DNA of 64,000 nt. It comes from Eledone cirrhosa. Taxonomy: Eukaryota. The stretch's first letter is position 1. Every line of letters starts with the position of its first letter. The notes below the pieces were generated by a model, which saw only the letters and a list, made by a program, of their open reading frames with translations, searched no databases and had not been told where the DNA came from. The stretch lies in NCBI GenBank assembly GCA_964016885.1, contig OZ024762.1, positions 6,200,001 to 6,264,000 on the forward strand. The letters are read 5' to 3'. A program made the position numbers and the translations under genes. This document shows positions 12,024 to 25,116 of this stretch, one piece after another.

Positions 12024-12724
12024 GTGTGTCAATAACAAACAGCATCTTTACACTAATGGTGATGTCTGTAGATCGCTACTTGTCTTTACAATATGCTCAA
12101 AGCACTCAACGAACCACAACTCCTCAGCAAGCAGTATTCATTATCCTAACAATCTGGGTCCTGGCTGCTTTGATTATGGGACCTTTATTATTCATTCGTG
12201 AAATTGATGTCCTTGTTCTGCCGACATTAGCACCTATGACGTTCTGCATCGAAAACTGGCCCCAGAGTACCGACCGAGAGGCCTACGCCATCTTCTTATT
12301 CTTCGTGGTTTACATCATTCCATCGACAACACTGTTTCTCTGTTATATCCGAGTATTTAAGTATGTCTGTAAGCAAGAAATGCAGCGAGAGAACTCAGAC
12401 TGTAGCACAAAACGCCTGATTAGTCGCAGAAAAGCTGCGCGGATGCTTATCATCCTGGTATTGATGTTTATGATGTGCTGGCTACCTTACAACATAGTAT
12501 CCTTGATCAGCGATATTTGGGGCAGTTCGTGGAACTTGATGGATCTACTGCGTTACACACTGTGGCTAGGACATTCCCACAGCGCAATCAACCCTGTTAT
12601 GTACTGGCTACTTAACAAGAGGTTTCGGCAACACGTTCGCAGAATGTTCCGCCAGACGAGAAACTGTGGCAGTTCGCACACTTGTCATGGGTTTATTAGT
12701 TTACCTACCCCTAAATATGTATAG
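12024..12724 (+). CDS. Class A neuropeptide GPCR, coding exon 2 (TM3 to C-terminus)
   Basis: Acceptor tttttag| at 12023. G+GT gives Gly, then VSITNSIFTLMVMSVDRY (DRY), CWLPY (TM6) and NPVMY (NPxxY). Stop TAG at 12722-12724. Spliced protein about 365 aa. Confidence 0.9.
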
Positions 12725-12836
12725 GGTGGAAGTCCACCTCAATACTGTACTGAGAGGGACAATGCTGATGAGACAGGGAGAGGGAAAAACATAAGGGAAA
12801 ACTAGGCAGCTGCATGTAAGGTGATTGAATGTGTGT

Positions 12837-12873
<37 letters not shown>

Positions 12874-13403
12874 TATGTGCATGTGTTTATATACATATAT
12901 GAGTGTGTGTGTGTGTGTGTGCATATATATATGTATATATATATGTGTGTGCATATATATGTATATAAATATATATATATACATACACACATACATAATC
13001 ATTGTCATTCAGCATCCATTGTCCTTGCTTGCAAGGTTCAGATGTGTTTTCATGTTATGAAGCTAGCCAGATCAGGTGACCAAATCTTGCTCATACAGAT
13101 CTTTCTTTGGTTTTCTTTGCCGTGGCTGGATACATTTCCTAACACCAACCACATTAAACAGTGTACTAGCAGCTTTTCTCATAGCACCACCATTACCACT
13201 TTACAGGGTGGACTGGGTGCATTTTTGTCACACACACACGTGTGTGAGTGTACATATTTGTGTGTGTGTGTGTGTGTGTGTGAGTGAGTATTCAGAGGGG
13301 CATCCGGCTGAAAAACCTCCATTTAACCCATGCCAGTGTGGGATAGCCTTCATATATATATATATAGATATATATATATATATCTATATATATATATATA
13401 TAT

Positions 13404-13470
<67 letters not shown>

Positions 13471-13509
13471 CGAAACATAAGTCAATTGTATGAACTCATA
13501 ATCCTTTAT

Positions 13510-13569
13510 TTACCGCTATATATATTTCGATGATAGCCATTGTATGGCTATGACCTCATCAGGCAGTAA
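13510..13569 (-). ncRNA. Type I hammerhead ribozyme (Penelope-like element type)
   Basis: Minus strand: ttactgc CTGATGA ggtc-atagcca-tacaa-tggctat-catc GAAA t-atat-a-TA gcggtaa. Helix I 7 bp, helix II about 10 bp, minimal palindromic helix III. Confidence 0.75.
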
Positions 13570-14032
13570 GTAAGTTCTTAGATATGCCAGCTCTGGGTTT
13601 TGGGTGTTGATGGTTTTAGAGTCTTATATAGTAGTGTGGAAAAATGGACATTAAATGGTGATGATGATGTTGATGATATATATATATATATGTGTGTGTA
13701 TGTATCAGACCTGTTAACTCACCCTGTCCAACAGAGAGATTTGCAATAGCCTTTGGGGTGGATGAGAGATGTCTTCTCTTGTGGAAATGGTTTCATGTAA
13801 AATCTCCCTCGTTTTGGGGCACTTTTTTTCATGGTACTCTCCATTTGGGTTTTTAGAGGATGGCAGGTCTGGTGTGTGTATAAGTATATAAATATTTGTG
13901 TTCGCACGAGTGTATGTGTGTGAATGTGTATAAGTGTATAAATATTTGAAGTGAAAGCACGTGGTTTAGTGCTTAGGGAGTTTGGCTTGCAAACATAGGT
14001 ATATGAGTTTGGTTTCTGGACCAGGTGGCATG

Positions 14033-14345
14033 TTGTGTCCTTGAGCAAGACACTTTATCTCATGTTGCTCCAGTCCATTGTGTCCTTGAGCAAGACACTT
14101 TATCTCATGTTGCTCCAGTCCATTGTGTCCTTGAGCAAGACACTTTATCTCATGTTGCTCCAGTCCATTGTGTCCTTGAGCAAGACACTTTATCTCATGT
14201 TGCTCCAGTCCATTGTGTCCTTGAGCAAGACACTTTATCTCATGTTGCTCCAGTCCATTGTGTCCTTGAGCAAGACACTTTATCTCATGTTGCTCCAGTC
14301 CATTGTGTCCTTGAGCAAGACACTTTATCTCATGTTGCTCTAGTT
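14033..14345. repeat. 45-bp minisatellite, 7 near-perfect copies inside a SINE
   Basis: tgtgtccttgagcaagacactttatctcatgttgctccagtccat x7. Confidence 0.95.
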
Positions 14346-14770
14346 CACTCAGTTGGAAAATGAAGTTGAGTTGTACCTGTTATTCAAAAGACCAGCCTTG
14401 TCACACACTGTGTCATGCTGAATCTCCCTGAGAACTACGTTAACAATGAATGTGTCCATAAAATGCTCAGTCACTTGCAAGTTAATTACTTGAGTAGGCT
14501 TTTCTGTTGTGTGAACATTTGAAACATTCATCATGGAAACAGAAGGAAGTCCAACAACAACATGTGTGTGTATATATTTGTTTGTCTGTGTGTGTGTGCC
14601 TATATTTGTGTGTATGTGTTTAAATGCATGTGTATGTGTATATAAATACATGTGTGTTTGTGTTTAAATGCATGGGGCCCCTTGCATATATATTGTTGTA
14701 AAATATAAATTTGGGGAGGGGGCTTTAAATATTGTGGTGGTTGCTTTGAATTATGTGACTACAGTTCAAT

Positions 14771-15530
14771 CAGGTCCCTGGACACAACCCAGTGAGGCCC
14801 CTAGCAACAACCTAGTCAGGTCCCTGGACACAACCCAGTGAGGCCCCTAGCAACAACCTAGTCAGGTCCCTGGACACAACCCAGTGAGGCCCCTAGCAAC
14901 AACCTAGTCAGGTCCCTGGACACAACCCAGTGAGGCCCCTAGCAACAAGCTAGTCAGGTCCCTGGACACAACCCAGTGAGGCCCCTAGCAACAACCTAGT
15001 CAGGTTCCTGGACACAACCCAGTGAGGCCCCTAGCAACAACCTAGTCAGGTCCCTGGACACAACCCAGTGAGGCCCCTAGCAACAACCTAGTCAGGTCCC
15101 TGGACACAACCCAGTGAGGTCCCTAGCAACAACCTAGTCAGGTCCCTGGACACAACCCAGTGAGGCCCCTAGCAACAACCTAGTCAGGTTCCTGGACACA
15201 ACCCAGTGAGGCCCCTAGCAACAACCTAGTCAGGTTCCTGGACACAACCCAGTGAGGCCCCTAGCAACAACCTAGTCAGGTCCCTGGACACAACCCAGTG
15301 AGGCCCCTAGCAACAACCTAGTCAGGTCCCTGGACACAACCCAGTGAGGTCCCTAGCAACAACAGATCCCTGGTCACAAGCCAGTGAGGTCCCTAGCAAC
15401 AACCCAGTCAGGTCCCTGGACACAAGCCAGTGAGGTCCCTAGCAACAACCTAGTCAGGTTCCTGGACACAAGCCAGTGAGGGCCCTAGCAACAACAGGTC
15501 CCTGGACAACAACCCAGTCAGCTCCCTAGT
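14771..15530. repeat. 46-bp GC-rich minisatellite (~16 copies)
   Basis: caggtccctggacacaacccagtgaggcccctagcaacaacctagt repeated, degenerating at the 3' end. Confidence 0.95.
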
Positions 15531-15620
15531 TACAACCAAGTTAAGCCCCAGTCTTTTGTCTGCAGTCTAATCTGACCCCTTCCCTCCAGCCTAGTCAGGC
15601 CTAACCCCTTAATCTGCCAC

Positions 15621-16066
15621 TGTGTGTATGTGTGTATATGTTGCTGTGTGTGTGTGTACAAGTGTCTGTGTATGCTTGTGTGTATCCATGTATGTGTGGT
15701 GTGTGTGTGTGTGTATCCAGGTATGTGTGGTGTGTGTGTGTGTGTGTGTGTATCTATGTATGTGTGGTGTGTGTGTGTGTGTATCTGTATGTGTGGTGTG
15801 TGTGTGTATCCATGTATGTGTGATGTGTGTGTGTATCCATGTATGTGTGGTGTGTGTGTGCATGCATGTATGTGTATGTGTGTGTGCATGCATGTATGTG
15901 TGTGTGCATGCATGTATGTGTGGTGTGTGTGTGTGTGTATCTATGTATGTGAGGTGTATGTGTACACATGCATGTATGTGTGGTGTGTGTGCCTACATGT
16001 ATGTGTGGTGTGTGTGTGCCTACATGTATGTGTATGTGTGGTGTGTGTGCCTACATGTGTGTGTGT
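15621..16066. repeat. (TG)n-derived compound satellite
   Basis: tgtgtgtatccatgtatgtgtgg units. Confidence 0.9.
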
Positions 16067-17177
16067 TTATTTGAAAGTATTTCAGTTTATAAATCCAAGC
16101 CAACAAAGTAATGACAACAATAAACATCCAAATGTAATTTTGTTTAATAACAGAACCTCCCCCCCCTCCTCCTCCTCCATTCCCAAACATTCCATCTTTG
16201 AAATTGTACTTTTGCTTACTGTATGCCTTTTGTTATTATCAATATGTTCTGAATTCAAATCCTGCCCAAAGTTAGCTATTACTTTCATCCTTACGGGTTT
16301 GATAAAATAAAATACCAGTAATGTACTGGGGTTGATTTAATTGACTTCCCTTCCTGTAAAATTGTTGGCCTTGTGTCTAAATCAGAAACCATTGGAGGAT
16401 CGGACACCATGCTTTGACGCATTCTTGCCATTCTGAGTTCAAATCCCGCCGAGGTTAACTTTGCCTTTCATCCTTACGGGGTCGATAAAATAAAGTACCA
16501 GTAATGCACTGGGATAATTGCTGGCCTTGTGCCAAAAGTAGAAACAGTTATTATTAGGGTGGTAGATTGGCAAAATTGGTAGAGTGTCAGACAACATGCT
16601 TTGTGGTATATAGTTACGGCCTCGAATCCCACTGAGGCTAGCTTTGCCTTTTAACCCTTACGGGGTTGATAAAATAAAGTACCAGTAACACACTGGGGTT
16701 GATTTCATCAACTTTCTCCTTCCCCACCAAAAGTTGTTGGCCTTGTGCCTAAATCAGAAACCATTATTATTATTAATATTGTGAAAGTGCATGGCTTAGT
16801 GGTTAGGGTGTTCAGCACATGACCACAAGGTCATGAGTTCGATTCCCGGTGGTATATTGTGTCCTTGAGCAAGACACTTTATTTCATATTACTTCATTCT
16901 GCTCAGCTGGAAAAATCTTTTTTTAATAAATAACTAAAAATGAGTTGTATTTGTGATTTTAAGATGAGCAAGCCATATCACCCCTGTACTGTGTCTCATT
17001 GAACCTACCTGGAAACTACGTTAAGAGTAGACATGAATTCATGTGGAATGCTTGCCCCTTGCACATTAATAACCATGAGCAAGCTGTTGTCAGAATAGAA
17101 ATCTAACACATAATTTGTCAATATTGTTGCCGTTTTTGTTGTTGTTACTATTATTATTACTATTATTATTATTATTA

Positions 17178-17395
17178 TGTGGATTAGCAGTATCGGTAGA
17201 GGGTCAGATGCCATGCTTTTTGACGCATACAGTTATGGCCCTTGCCATTCTGAGTTCAAATCCCGCCGAGGTTAACTTTGCGTTTCATCCTTACGGGGTC
17301 GATAAAATAAAGTACCAGTAATGCACTGGGGTAATTGCTGGCCTTGTGCCAATAGTAGAAACAATTATTATTATTATTATTATTATTGTTATTAT
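17178..17395 (+). mobile_element. tRNA-derived SINE family 2 (many copies, e.g. 16395-16555, 37195-37385, 10513-10709 -, 49320-49495 -)
   Basis: 'tggcagtatcggtag' A box, 'gagttcaaatccc' B box, core 'aactttgcctttcatccttacggggtcgataaaataaagtaccag', (ATT)n tail. Confidence 0.8.
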
Positions 17396-18106
17396 CAATG
17401 AGAGAAAGAAACATTGGCTTTATGGTGGTAGAAGGAGAGCAGAAGTTATGTTTGTGCCTTCTTTCCTAAGAACATTACTGGTATAAGTGGAATGGTTCTG
17501 ACTAGGAGTTGAACCAAAGTCAGGAACTCAGTTTGCTGAGAAATTATTTATCACAACGATTTGCCACTCACAGAAATTGTAGATTTTTTTTACAATAAAA
17601 AAAATATATGATTTATTAATTTATTATTAAAGATAAAATTATTTTATTAGAAAAAAAAATTCATGGCAGAAAAAATTATTTATTTATCTATTATTTATTA
17701 CAGACAAAATGGATATATTATAAGTGAAAAAACTAACTTATTACAGACCAAAATTATGTATAATTTTATTGCAAACAAAATTAATTTATTATAAAAAAGA
17801 AATTAAATTATTGTGAAAAAAAAAAAAATTAATTTATTATTACAGCCAAAATTAATTTATTACAGAAAAAAAATTATGGATTAATTATTACAGATACAAA
17901 TAGTTTATTACAGAAAGGAAATGATTTAATAATATGTTGGTGTTGGAAGACAAAGCTGTCTTTTTTGTTTTGTTTTTTTTTCATTCTACTAAATAAACTA
18001 ATATTATTGAACCAAAATGATGTCTCGTGTGTAATATTTAACATATTGTTATTATTTTTGTTACTATTCTTTACTGCTTTGACTTTTTAAAGTAAAAGAT
18101 TATTGG

Positions 18107-18790
18107 TGTGTAGAGAACTAGTGGTTACTGTAGCTGTTGTGTAGAGAACTGGTGATTACTGTAGCTGTTGTGTAGAGAACTGGTGGTTACTGTAGCTGTT
18201 GTGTAGAGAACTAGTGGTTATTGTAGCTGTTGTGTGGAGAACTAGTGGTTATTGTAGCTGTTGTGTAGAGAACTGGTGGTTACTGTAGCTGTTGTGTAGA
18301 GAACTGGTGGTTACTGTAGCTGTTGTGTAGAGAACTAGTGGTTATTGTAGCTGTTGTGTGGAGAACTAGTGGTTATTGTAGCTGTTGTGTGGAGAACTAG
18401 TGGTTACTGTAGATGTTGTGTAAAGAACTGGTGATTACTGTAGCTGTTGTGTAGAGAACTGGTGGTTACTGTAGCTGTTGTGTAGAGAACTGGTGGTTAC
18501 TGTAGCTGTTGTGTAGAGAACTAGTGGTTATTGTAGCTGTTGTGTGGAGAACTAGTGGTTATTGTAGCTGTTGTGTAGAGAACTGGTGATTACTGTAGCT
18601 GTTGTGTGGAGAACTAGTGGTTATTGTAGCTGTTGTGTAGAGAACTGGTGGTTACTGTAGCTGTTGTGTAGAGAACTGGTGGTTATTGTAGCTGTTGTGT
18701 AGAGAACTGGTGGTTACTGTAGCTGTAATGTAGAGAACTGGTGGTTACTGTAGCTGGTGGTTATTGTAGCTGTTGTGTAGAGAACTGGTG
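18107..18790. repeat. 31-bp minisatellite (~22 copies)
   Basis: gtgtagagaactggtggttactgtagctgtt repeated. Confidence 0.95.
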
Positions 18791-20299
18791 ATGGCAAATG
18801 AGCAGAATAGTAAGAACCTTGTATAGAATGCCTTGCTGTATTTGTTCCAGCTCTCTACAATCTCCAATTTCAAATTCTAGGGAGATCAACTCTGTATTTC
18901 ATCCTTTCGAGGTGAATAAAAAAATATCAGTTCAGTACCGGAGTCAATGCATCATTATCATCATTTAAAGTCCATTTTTCGTACTAGCATGGGTTAGACA
19001 GGCTGTCTTGTATTGAGACATGTCACATTAGGTGTCTTGCTCACATAGAACCATCTCTTGTTTGGTTTCTACAACTGGGTGCCCTTCCTAATGCCAACCA
19101 CATTTATATTGTGGACTGGGCACGTTTTACTTAGGACTCTTGAGATATCTCAAAAACATGACTACCTCCATAGTTCTGGTGCCACAAAAAAATACACTTG
19201 GTAGAGTGCAGGAACCTATGAAAGCAAGAATTCAGCTCTCCCTTACCTCCCCCAGTTTTTTTAGCTATTGGTAGTACATGGTAACAAATGTAATTACAGA
19301 TGAAATCCTTACTTAATCAGAGCTCTTCTGAGCTTCACCTAAATACATTTAACTATTTTCTAATTCAAGACACTGCATAAAATTTTCAAATAATTTTGTA
19401 AATAGTCAAGAACTGGAAAGTATTTAGAAATATAATTAACTTTCTCATTATTTTAGTTGGTGTTTCAGGGTAGTGGATTGGCATAATCGGTAGAACGTCC
19501 AACATGCTTTGTAGTATATAGTTATGGCCCTTTACACTCTGATTTAAATTCCCGCTGAAGTTAGCTTTGTCTTTCATCCCTACGGGGTTGATAAAATCAG
19601 TACTAGTAATGCACTGGGGTCAATTTAATCAACTTTCCCCTCTCCTCAAATTGTTGGCCTTGTGCCTAAATCAGAAATCATTATTTAGAAAATAATTTTG
19701 ATGGAAAGTGTTTATATAAATATGAACACTTTAAAATAGACTGTTTTGTATGATAGAACCAGGAGTGGTTTCTGGCGGCTGGCATCAGAAGGGTTAATGT
19801 TCTTTTTCAGTTTTATCCATGGATTAGACTGTGCAACAGTATCTAGAGTGAGATGTGAATGGCAGAAATTCTGAGAAGTGGGTGGTGAGCTAAGGAGAAT
19901 GGGAGCAGCACTGAAACTGAAGGAGAAAGTGTAAGCCGCATGTGTGAGAAATGTCATGATTTATGGGTGAATTTATTCTGAAGATCACCAGAACTCAGGG
20001 TAGAGGTGTTAATCTTTGAGACAACTGAAGTATTCGCTCAACTCTTTGTTTGGCAAGCTGACTAGATGCCCCTCCTATCTCAACAAACACTTACAGAATG
20101 TATTGGGTGTGTTTATCATGTAGATCACAAACACTAGGGAGATTGTCATGTCTTTTACACAACTGAAACACCTGATATTATATTATCAGCTTCAAATAGT
20201 GTTGCAGTCGAGCAAACGTTAACGGCTTCAGTTTACAAATGGTTGACATAGAGGTACGAGTCTTGTAATTTACAAAAATAGTTTTGTATGAAGAATAAA

Positions 20300-20700
20300 A
20301 AATGATGGGAGATTACTCTTGTTGACAGTAAATATCCATTCGGTAATAGACCCAGGTTTCGTTACCTAACAAGTTGTTGAAGTATTGGCTGCTTTCTGGT
20401 AGGTTTCTTGTTGAACCTGACGTTTTGAGTCAGGTCCCTAAACCACCTCCCTATTCACTGTAATTGGGGCGATGTTGACCACCTGCTGGAATGAACCGTG
20501 TGAGTTGGAATGGCTATTTCCATGTATCTTGTTATCCTCTGGGGTAACACTTTTTCCCTTGTCTGCAGAGACCAGGAGGTGGCTTGCACCTGGTGCTTTG
20601 TATGCCAAAGAGCATTCTCTCACATTATCCAGGCATGTATCACTGGGGTAGCGATGGTATTCATGCTTACACACACATTTAGCTACACACTTTAATTGTA
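20300..20700 (-). pseudogene. Highly degenerate mariner transposase remnant
   Basis: Minus-strand 'NNLLGNETWVYY' at 20341-20378 resembles mariner 'IVTGDETWVYY'; upstream 'SHGSFQQVV' resembles the HTH region. Confidence 0.45.
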
Positions 20701-21676
20701 GATTTTGAAAAAAAAAACTGCATGAGAAGGCATCCATTATTCTTGCCTGAAAGATAAGCAAGACTAACATGTATAGTGTCTCTATAACCTATGCTAGAGT
20801 AGTCTTTGAAAGCTTAGGTAGCAACTGAGTTAAGAAATTAGTTATATGATATATATATAGAGAGAGATTCGGCTTGTATTCAGTAAGCCTTTTCAAGGAT
20901 GCATTCCCTTTAAAAGGCTTGTCGAATACAAGCTGAAACAGCTAGGCAGGTTTTTACCTTCCTCTGTACCCATTCTGCTTCTTCCCATACACAGAGTACT
21001 CCTCTGATTTGAGGTCTCCCCAGTCTCAGCAATGCAGAAGTTATATATACACATGTTATATATATATATATTATACACATTCATTCATACATGCAGATGA
21101 TAGGACTGGGGTCCCCATCATTCCACTGCAAAGTGGTCGTGGAGGTGCCACGGCAAAAAAGCACCCAGCCCACACTGTAAAGTGGACATGTAGGCGCCAC
21201 AGAAAAAAAAGCACCCAGCACTCACTGTAAATGAGGTTGGTGTTAGGAAGGGCATCCAGCTGTAGAAATCAAGCCAGAATCAGTTCCCGTCCCACCCTTG
21301 CAAGCAGGGAAAAGCGGACGTAAAATGATGATGATATATATATATATATATATAATGCACACACATTTACACATAGGTGTATGTTTGTGTGTTATTATTG
21401 TTACAGCTCACATACAGGAGGTTTATCTGGCCTCCTACAAGGTTATATATATTTCATAGGTGTTTTAATGATAGGGGGCCCTAATCCTATCGTATGTGTG
21501 TGTGTACGAATATCTGCACATGTGTCGTGTTACTTGTATCGAATAAGGAAATCAACACAGAAGTAGACAGATTTATCACATAACTTTTATCCCACAGCGT
21601 TATTATATCAAGACAGGATCTACAAGCAAGGTAGTACGGGGTGTCAAAATAAGATCTTTATTTCATAATCAATTAT

Positions 21677-21933
21677 TTATTCTTGTTCGTCAGCTTCTTC
21701 ATAAAATGGTTCAAACTGGTCAAAAGAATCCTGTTTACTGCCTGATTTTACATTGGTGTTTTCATCAGGTTCATCATTGTCGGTGAACTCAAACTGGATC
21801 AGACCAATTGCAAATGCATAACCAACCATAGCAGTAATAGCAAATATTCCAGCTAAAACCATATTCCGTAATTTGTTGGGGTTGTCTTCACTTAAGCCAG
21901 TTGTGTTCCTGCTCTCTGACGTACTTTCACTTT
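21677..21933 (-). CDS. MTX1: Metaxin-1 exon 8 (C-terminal membrane anchor and acidic tail)
   Basis: ttcatag|ESESTSE...RNMVLAGIFAITAMVGYAFAIGLI...EQE*. The TM anchor is typical of MTX1. Total CDS 990 nt. AATAAA on the minus strand at 21657-21662. Confidence 0.9.
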
Positions 21934-22714
21934 CTATGAAAGAGAATTAAAAAAGAAAAGGTTGAAAAGATGAAATTAATTGTTTCTACTTTAGGCACAA
22001 GGCCAGCAAATACCCAGTGCATTACTGGTACTTTATTTTATCGACCCCATAAGGATGAAAGGCAAAGTAAACCTCGGCGGGATTTAAACTCAAGATGAAA
22101 TTAATATAAGATAAAAAGCATACAAAACAGTTAAGAAGCATTAGGGAAATTGAAATGTGAGCATCCCAATTGCAAATAACTATTTGATCCAAATCAAGGA
22201 GATCCCAGACCTCATTCATTTACCGAGGGAGGTAGAACTCATCAGATCGAAAGTTGTAAGTTTGATTCCCGGATCGGGCGATGTGTTAGGGTTAGGGTTA
22301 GACACCTTATTTCACATTGTTTCCTTGGTCCAATTTGATAAGTTCCACTCAGTAAGGTCTGGGATCTTGTTGATTGATTCCATTCCACACTTCCTATATT
22401 TCAAATCATTTTTAAAATAATCAAAAATTCAGAAGAATTAAGTTAAATTTTTAATTAGGACATTATTAAATTGGTGTCTTAGAATGTAAAGGTTTTAAAC
22501 ATAAAATTATAATGGAAGGTTTTTATATAATTATAAACAGTATAAGAATGATAAGTGTTGCATCATAAAATCTTGGGCAGTTTCAGGTGATTTGGTCTGA
22601 AAAGAGATAACATGATGAAAAGAAAGGGATCTGGGATTGATGATTGTTAGTAAATAGAGGGGAAATAAGTAGACTGCTGGATAAAATGAAAAAGTTTAAG
22701 AGAAATGAATTCAC

Positions 22715-22872
22715 CTTCATGACTCCGAGGAAAATAATCCTGCAATATTCGTTTGCAAAAATCTGTCAGTTTTGTACATGCAAGCAAATGGTTCTGCAGT
22801 TGGTTACTGGTCAGTGGGGCCTTCATGAGAGGAGCCAAGTAGCCAAAGACAATGGCATCAAATACTGATGGC
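22715..22872 (-). CDS. MTX1: Metaxin-1 exon 7
   Basis: ttcaag|PSVFDAIVFGYLAPLMKAPLTSNQLQNHLLACTKLTDFCKRILQDYFPRSHE|gtgaat; 158 nt. Confidence 0.92.
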
Positions 22873-23476
22873 CTTGAACAGAGACAGAGAGAAAGAATTT
22901 ACAATAGAGTAGTTTTTATAGCAAATTGGTAATTTTGTAAGAAATGAAATTTAAATTATAATCACAAATCAACAGAGCAGAGAGGAAATGTACAAATACT
23001 AAGAACTGGTAGAGAAATGCTGAGACAGGGGTTGAAAAAATGAAGTATCAATTGAGGGCAATGGGTTAGCGAACTTGTTAGAATAGTGGACAAGACACCC
23101 TCCGATACTTGTTCTAGTTCTTTGCATTCTACATCCAAATTCCACTTTGGCCTACATTAATGGTAGATTTAATCTATTACCTGGTCTAGTATAATTACAT
23201 GGTCTTTAGCTACCTTTAACAGACTTCACTACTCTGACTTAATCTATTATTACCTATTTTAATATGATCACTTGGTCATTAGCTACCTTTAACAGAATTC
23301 ACTCTGTGGCAAGCATTCACATGAGACCTTCAATTTGAGAATATCTTCCTCCTTCCCTCACACTAGTCTTGGAAGGCTTAAAAAGATTCATGACTAAACT
23401 GTAAAAATCCCCTAAAAAGAAAAATGGTTTGACTCTATAAATTGAAAAAAATAAAAATAAAAGAAATTATAACTAC

Positions 23477-23553
23477 CTGTCACCAAAAAAATATAAATTG
23501 TCCCCTAACTTCTTCTCCAATAAATTGAGACATATTTTTGCTTCTTTGTAAAT
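23477..23553 (-). CDS. MTX1: Metaxin-1 exon 6
   Basis: ttttag|IYKEAKICLNLLEKKLGDNLYFFGD(R)|gtagtt; 77 nt, GST-C-like domain. Confidence 0.92.
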
Positions 23554-23736
23554 CTAAAAGAAAGGAAAATATTTCAATAAAACATCAGAGGTTTACTGTG
23601 TTTTCTCTTTACAACAGCAATCAATGCTTTTACATTTAGAATTTCTCCTCAATTATTTCCTCTTATTTTTTTTATTCATTTTCTTTTATATATTCATTTT
23701 TTTATTTATATCATCATGATTATTTTATATCAAATG

Positions 23737-24070
23737 TATAGAGGTAGCACTGGTGCCATGATAAAATGTATCCAGTACACTCTGTAAAGAGGTAGCACTG
23801 ATGCCATGATGACATGTAGACAGTACACTCTGTAAAGTAGTAGTGTTGGTGCCATGATAAAATGTATCCAGTACACTCTGTAAAGTGGTAGTGTTGGTGC
23901 CATGATGAAATGCACCCAGTACACTCTGTAAAGTGGTACTGTTGGTGCCATGATGAAATGTACCCAGTACACTCTGTAAAGTGGTAGTGTTGGTGCCATG
24001 ATAAAATGTACCCAGTACACTCTGAAAAGAGGTAGCACCGGTGCCATAATAAAATGCAACCAATACACTC
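23737..24070. repeat. 48-bp minisatellite (~7 copies) derived from an abundant dispersed repeat
   Basis: gtaaagtggtagtgttggtgccatgataaaatgtacccagtacactct repeated; similar to 21143-21230 and 45520-45605. Confidence 0.9.
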
Positions 24071-24355
24071 TATGGATTATTATGTGTGGGGCGTGGTTGA
24101 GAAAGACACCATCTGCACTGCTTGTAACACCAACACCCAGCTGATCAACAGGATTAAGGAGGCATTTGAGGCTCTCCCTAGGGACACCGTGAAGACGGCA
24201 TGTGCCAGATTCCGGAGCCAGATTGAGATCGTGGTGGATGCTGAGGATAGCTTCTTTTAGTGAATTTTCTATTTTGATTGTTTTAATAAATTTGTTTTGG
24301 GGCTGAGATATTCACTTTTTTAACCTTAAAAAAACCCCCAAAACTGTCAAATTTA
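24070..24355 (+). mobile_element. Tc1/mariner (DD37D/maT-like) transposase C-terminal fragment
   Basis: 'MDYYVWGVVEKD...LINRIKEAFEALPRDTVKTACARFRSQIEIVVDAE'. Confidence 0.7.
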
Positions 24356-24634
24356 GTCCGTGGCTGAGTGGTGAGAGAATTGGATTCACAATCGTGAGGC
24401 TGTGAGTTCGATTCCCAGACTGGGCGATGCGTTATGTCCTTGAGCAAGAAACTTTGTCTCATGTTGCTCCTTCAGCCTGGAATTGTGACTGACAGATAGT
24501 ATTAGCAATTGAAAAGACCAATGGAAACATTGTTTCCTCGGTCCGATTTGACGAGCTCCACCGCATTTGTTAAGCAAATGAGGTCTGGGATCTTGTTGAT
24601 CGACTGTCTTTATAAATATATATTGGGTCCTTAC

Positions 24635-24811
24635 TTTCATATCAACTTCTACGTCTGTGACATTCTCACTGCTTTTCGAATAAATTCTTGATTTGGCATT
24701 CCTCCTCATCTTGTTTGGTATATAGAAATTCAATGGAAATGGTGAAGCTTTAGCAAAGCCTGGTCTGGTGAGATCTATATACGTCTTGGCATCAACCCAC
24801 CACAAATGAAG
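24635..24811 (-). CDS. MTX1: Metaxin-1 exon 5
   Basis: ttatag|LHLWWVDAKTYIDLTRPGFAKASPFPLNFYIPNKMRR...DMK|gtaagg; 177 nt, metaxin PFPLNF motif. Confidence 0.93.
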
Positions 24812-24885
24812 CTATAAAAACAAACCATCAAGACAATATCACTGGAACATAAAAACATGTGTGGTTTTAACAAATACCAAGTTAA

Positions 24886-25082
24886 CCCTTTGGCATTCAC
24901 ATTACCCTATATATACTATTGTATTTTCATGGTAAAGGCTTTATCTCACATAATATCGAATCTATGAGATTTTGAAAGTATTTATTTTGAGAACAATACC
25001 TTAACATCAGTTTGAGTGACCAGTTTCAACAGAAAGAGGTAGAGAATTCTGGCCAGTTTTGGCCGGTTTGAACATTAAAGGG
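24886..25082. mobile_element. piggyBac-type MITE
   Basis: TTAA|ccctttggcattca ... tgaacattaaaggg|TTAA. Confidence 0.7.
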
Positions 25083-25116
25083 TTAAATGTATAGAAATTA
25101 GCCTCTAATACATATA

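Noticed and set aside
12763-12790. CTGATGA...GAAA downstream of the GPCR stop (also 27855-27930 on the minus strand)
   Set aside because: Helices I and II cannot be closed; not hammerheads.
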